Shown here: one piece after another, positions 60,469 to 64,000 of the stretch | How the letters are laid out: the number at the start of each line of letters is the position of its first letter | Numbering within the stretch: position 1 is the first letter of the stretch | Assembly (NCBI GenBank): GCA_030770535.1 | Contig: JASVEC010000017.1 | Coordinates: 496,001-560,000 of the forward strand | Source: Batkoa obscura | Taxonomy: Eukaryota | Length of the DNA stretch: 64,000 nt | Reading direction: 5' to 3' | The notes under the pieces: model-generated | What the model saw: the letters and a program-made list of their open reading frames with translations, nothing else | Databases searched by the model: none | What the model was told of the DNA's origin: nothing | Translations under genes and position numbers: made by a program

Positions 60469-63400
60469 CTGATCCAGATGAAAGCACTGAATTAGACTTC
60501 GAAATTAACACGCTTTCAAAATTTGACCCCTCTACCCTCATCCTAGCACTACCTTCCAAAATTCGTGGCAGACCCAAGAAGAAAAAGGTTCCCGTCGTTG
60601 AAATTCCTAAAGTCATTCCACGTCGAATTGATAAGTCACCTGATAACTCTATCAATGCCCCTGATTCTGCCTTGATAAATGAAATTGCTAAACCTTACAT
60701 TTCACAATTATCCGATTTATCCAAACTGTCCCTTACACAAAGTGAACTAGATAATACACACCAGTGGTTAACTAATGTTACCATCCCAATTCCTCTAGAC
60801 AAAATCCTAACTGGAGAATCAGACTTAGCAATTGCATTTAGAAACATCATTAGAGAATATCAGAATCCAAATAAACAGATCCTCTTAGTAAACCTCGATG
60901 CCAAAGCCAACTCCACCGATTGTACTTACATTAATGCGTCGATTTACAAAAAAAATGTGCGTATAATATTAGATAGCGGAGCTCCCATCAATTTCATATC
61001 GAGTCGTCTGGTAAAACGATTACCCTTTAAACCGGATATAGATTGTTCGGACACCTTCGGTACAGCCGGAACCGGAACCGTCACGGCACTAGGAGCATAC
61101 TCATCAATCCCTATTAAGTTTGGAAAGCTAACTTTAGCCTTTCCAGCGATAGTGTTGGAAAGCGAAGGTTACGACTTCCTCCTAGGCACCGAATTCTTTG
61201 TGAAACATGGTTGCCAATTATTGTACGATCAAAATATCTTAAAAGTATTAGATCAATCCATTCCAATGTACTACAATAAGCCAAGGAACCTAACCATTAA
61301 CAACATAAGCAACAAAACTCCTGACTGTCGTATAATGAGCTATCGGACTAACAATAAATCAGTTGACGTTACTCTCTGCGGATTAGAATCTGTGATTTAT
61401 CAATATCCAGATATAGCATATAAGCAGTCTGGAATCCCCATTATTTCCCCTAAGAACTTACTAATACCGCCTAAATCACAGGTAGTACTAGACACCGAAA
61501 TCTCATTATGGGTACCTAAGGAGTTCCATCTATCTATATACAGTATAGAAAGTGTTTCAAGATTAGAACCTCTAACTATGCCCGGGATTTTAGGTAATAA
61601 CATGAATGAGACTATAAAACTACTGCTTGCCAACATTACCGAAAAAGATATCAAAATCTCTAGAGGTCAACAGGTTGGTACAATCCACGTAGAAAATAAC
61701 ATTGTGATTAATACTTTCAGTAAATTTGCAACACTAGAAGAATTCCAAATTTATGAAGAAGCCCCTAATAACCAAACCCTGTTTGTTGAGAAAGACACTA
61801 TTAAACATCTAAACCCAGATGAACAACTTCAATTTTATAAATTGCTGGAAGAATATAAAGACGTCTTTGCAACTTCAGAAGAAGATATTGGCTGTGCCCG
61901 CAATACTAAACATAAAGTATATACATGTGATTCACTACCTGTTGCAACTAAAGCATATCGTAAATCTCAGTCTGAACTTAAGGCAGAACGAGAAGAAGTC
62001 CAAAAACTTTTAAGATTAGGTTTGATTATCCCTTCAAATAGTCCATGGGCCTCTCCCCTTATGATTGTTAAGAAAAAAGATGGAACTAATAGAGTAGTTA
62101 TGGACTATAGGAAACTCAACAAAATCACAAAGAAGGATGTATATCCACTACCCAGAATAGATGATGCTGTTGACCGCTTACAAGGTGCAAAATACTTTTC
62201 AGCAATGGATCTAATCTCAGGATACTGGCAGGTAGAAATGGATCCGGAAGACCAAGAGAAATGCGCTTTGATTACTTCCGAAGGACTATTTCAACCAACG
62301 AGGATGCCACAAGGCCTTTCAAACGCTCCTGCTACATTCCAACGTCTTATGGATAATACACTAGGTGATCTTAAGCTCTCATGTGTACTAATTTACTTAG
62401 ACGACTTGAATGTGTTCTCGAAGACTTTCGTGGATCACCTAAATCACCTTAAAGCAGTATTCGAACGTCTTCGCCAAGCTAACTTAAAGTTAAAGCCAAA
62501 AAAATGCTCATTTTTCCAAACTAGTCTGGAATTTTTAGGCTACAAGGTCTCTGACAAAGGTTTAGCTCCTATTCCTAATAAATTAGATGCAGTAAAAGAG
62601 CTTTTCCCCCCAACTACGATGAGAGAAGTACAAGTATTCCTCGGACTAATGAATTACTACCGAAGATTTATAAAAGATTTTTCGAACTTAGCCACTCCAC
62701 TATTCCAATTGTTAAAGAAAGAAGTCAAGTTTCAATGGAAAGAAGAACACCAACAAGCCTTTGAAGAACTTCGCGATAAGCTGCTTAACGCCCCAGTGTT
62801 GATGTTTCCAAATTTCTCAAAGCCCTTCTCCCTGCATACCGACGCTAGCCTAACGGCAGTTGGAGGTGTTTTAAGTCAACTGGATGATGACAACTGCGAG
62901 CATCCAATAGCTTATACCTCTAGAACCTTATCGAAGCATGAGAGGAATTACACTACGACAGAGAAGGAATGCCTTGCAATTATTCATGCTATAAAGGCAT
63001 TTAGACCGTATATCTATGGCACTCACTTTACTGTTATTACCGACCATGTTTCCCTAAAGTGGTTATATTCAATCACTAATCCTGAAGGACGTCTAGCTAG
63101 GTGGGCTCTAAAACTACAATCGTATAGTTTTGATATAGTATATAAGCCAGGTAAAGATCACCAAAATGCAGATGGGCTTAGTAGGTTACCCAGGATCTGT
63201 CTAGCCACCCCCATAGATGATGATCTGTACAACCTATTGGGTAATAAAAATAAGTGGCCGCAACAACAACCTGAGCTTAAACAATGGCTTGAGAAAAATG
63301 CCCAGAATATCATTGTCAAAAGTAATGCATTGTACAAAAAGATTAAAGGAACATATATTCCGTATATTAAGCCTTCTTCGCGGCTATCTGCATGTCAACA

Positions 63401-64000
63401 GTTTCACAATGTGATCTGCGGGCATTCAGCCTTCCAAAAAACATATGACACCATGAAAGTTTCCTGCTATTGGGAATCAATGATACCAGACTTAGAAGAC
63501 TTCATAAATAATTGTGATGTTTGTAAAAGAGAACAAAGTAGGATAAAAGTAACAGCTTACAAGTTTATTTTACCTAAACATGCATTCCACACGGTAAGTA
63601 TAGATGTGATAGGCCCTCTTTGTGAAGCTTCTTCAGTAAGAGGAAATAAGTATATCGTTGTAGCTATAGACCATCTAACTAAGTGGGTTGAAGCTAGAGC
63701 AATACCAAACCAGACTTCCTTCCACATATCTAAATTTATATATGAAGATATTATTTGTAGACATGGAAGCCCACAGGTGATACTTACCGATAATGCTGCC
63801 AATTTTGTTAATCTAGTTCTCCCAAAATTAGCCAGACTAATGGCCATAAGACATTCTACTGCAGCTCCGTATCATCCAGAAACTAATGGAATGGTTGAGA
63901 GAGTAAACGGTACACTAATACGTATACTAAGAAAACTAGCTTTTGACAAAACTAGCTGTTGGGATGAATATCTACATTCCGCTATTTTAGCATATAGATA
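60408..64000 (+). CDS. pol: Pol in -1 frame: protease, dUTPase-like domain, RT, RNase H, integrase (partial)
   Basis: Same frame: LDSGA 60969, YLDD 62394, TDAS 62838, ADGLSR, HHCC, SIDVIGP, LTDNA, HPETNGMVER; no stop seen to the window edge. Confidence 0.92.

Larger units (their letters stand above)
57333..64000 (+). mobile_element. Ty3/Gypsy LTR retrotransposon, apparently intact, truncated by window end
   Basis: 5' LTR, PBS, gag, and pol in PR-RT-RH-IN order. Confidence 0.95.

Overview
AT-rich eukaryotic DNA with mostly short (~45-60 nt) GT-AG introns. The gene content (PEX14, SPT3, Pcl/Pho80-type cyclin, NIS siderophore synthetase, Na/K-type P2C ATPase) points to an early-diverging fungus, which is an inference. 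The window holds about 20 host protein-coding genes plus several pseudogenes, including a six-member PY-motif membrane-protein family (4 intact, 2 decayed) and two identical inverted HSP20 copies. It also has three tRNA-Gln(UUG) genes and one tRNA pseudogene. Mobile DNA comprises 22 copies of a ~100-bp hairpin MITE, a second MITE family, four solo LTRs, and the 5' part of an apparently intact Ty3/Gypsy element that runs off the right edge. The most notable signals are: LTR insertions inside or near the MITE; a dead dUTPase-like domain, an AT-hook and a -1 frameshift signal in Pol; an acidic protein with 13 SUMO consensus sites and several SIMs; three exact ATCWGATAA iron-repressor boxes upstream of the NIS gene; an apparent intronization series among paralogs; a P-type ATPase with degenerate catalytic motifs; and a secreted protein with nine 6-Cys repeats. 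All calls are by eye; no searches were run.
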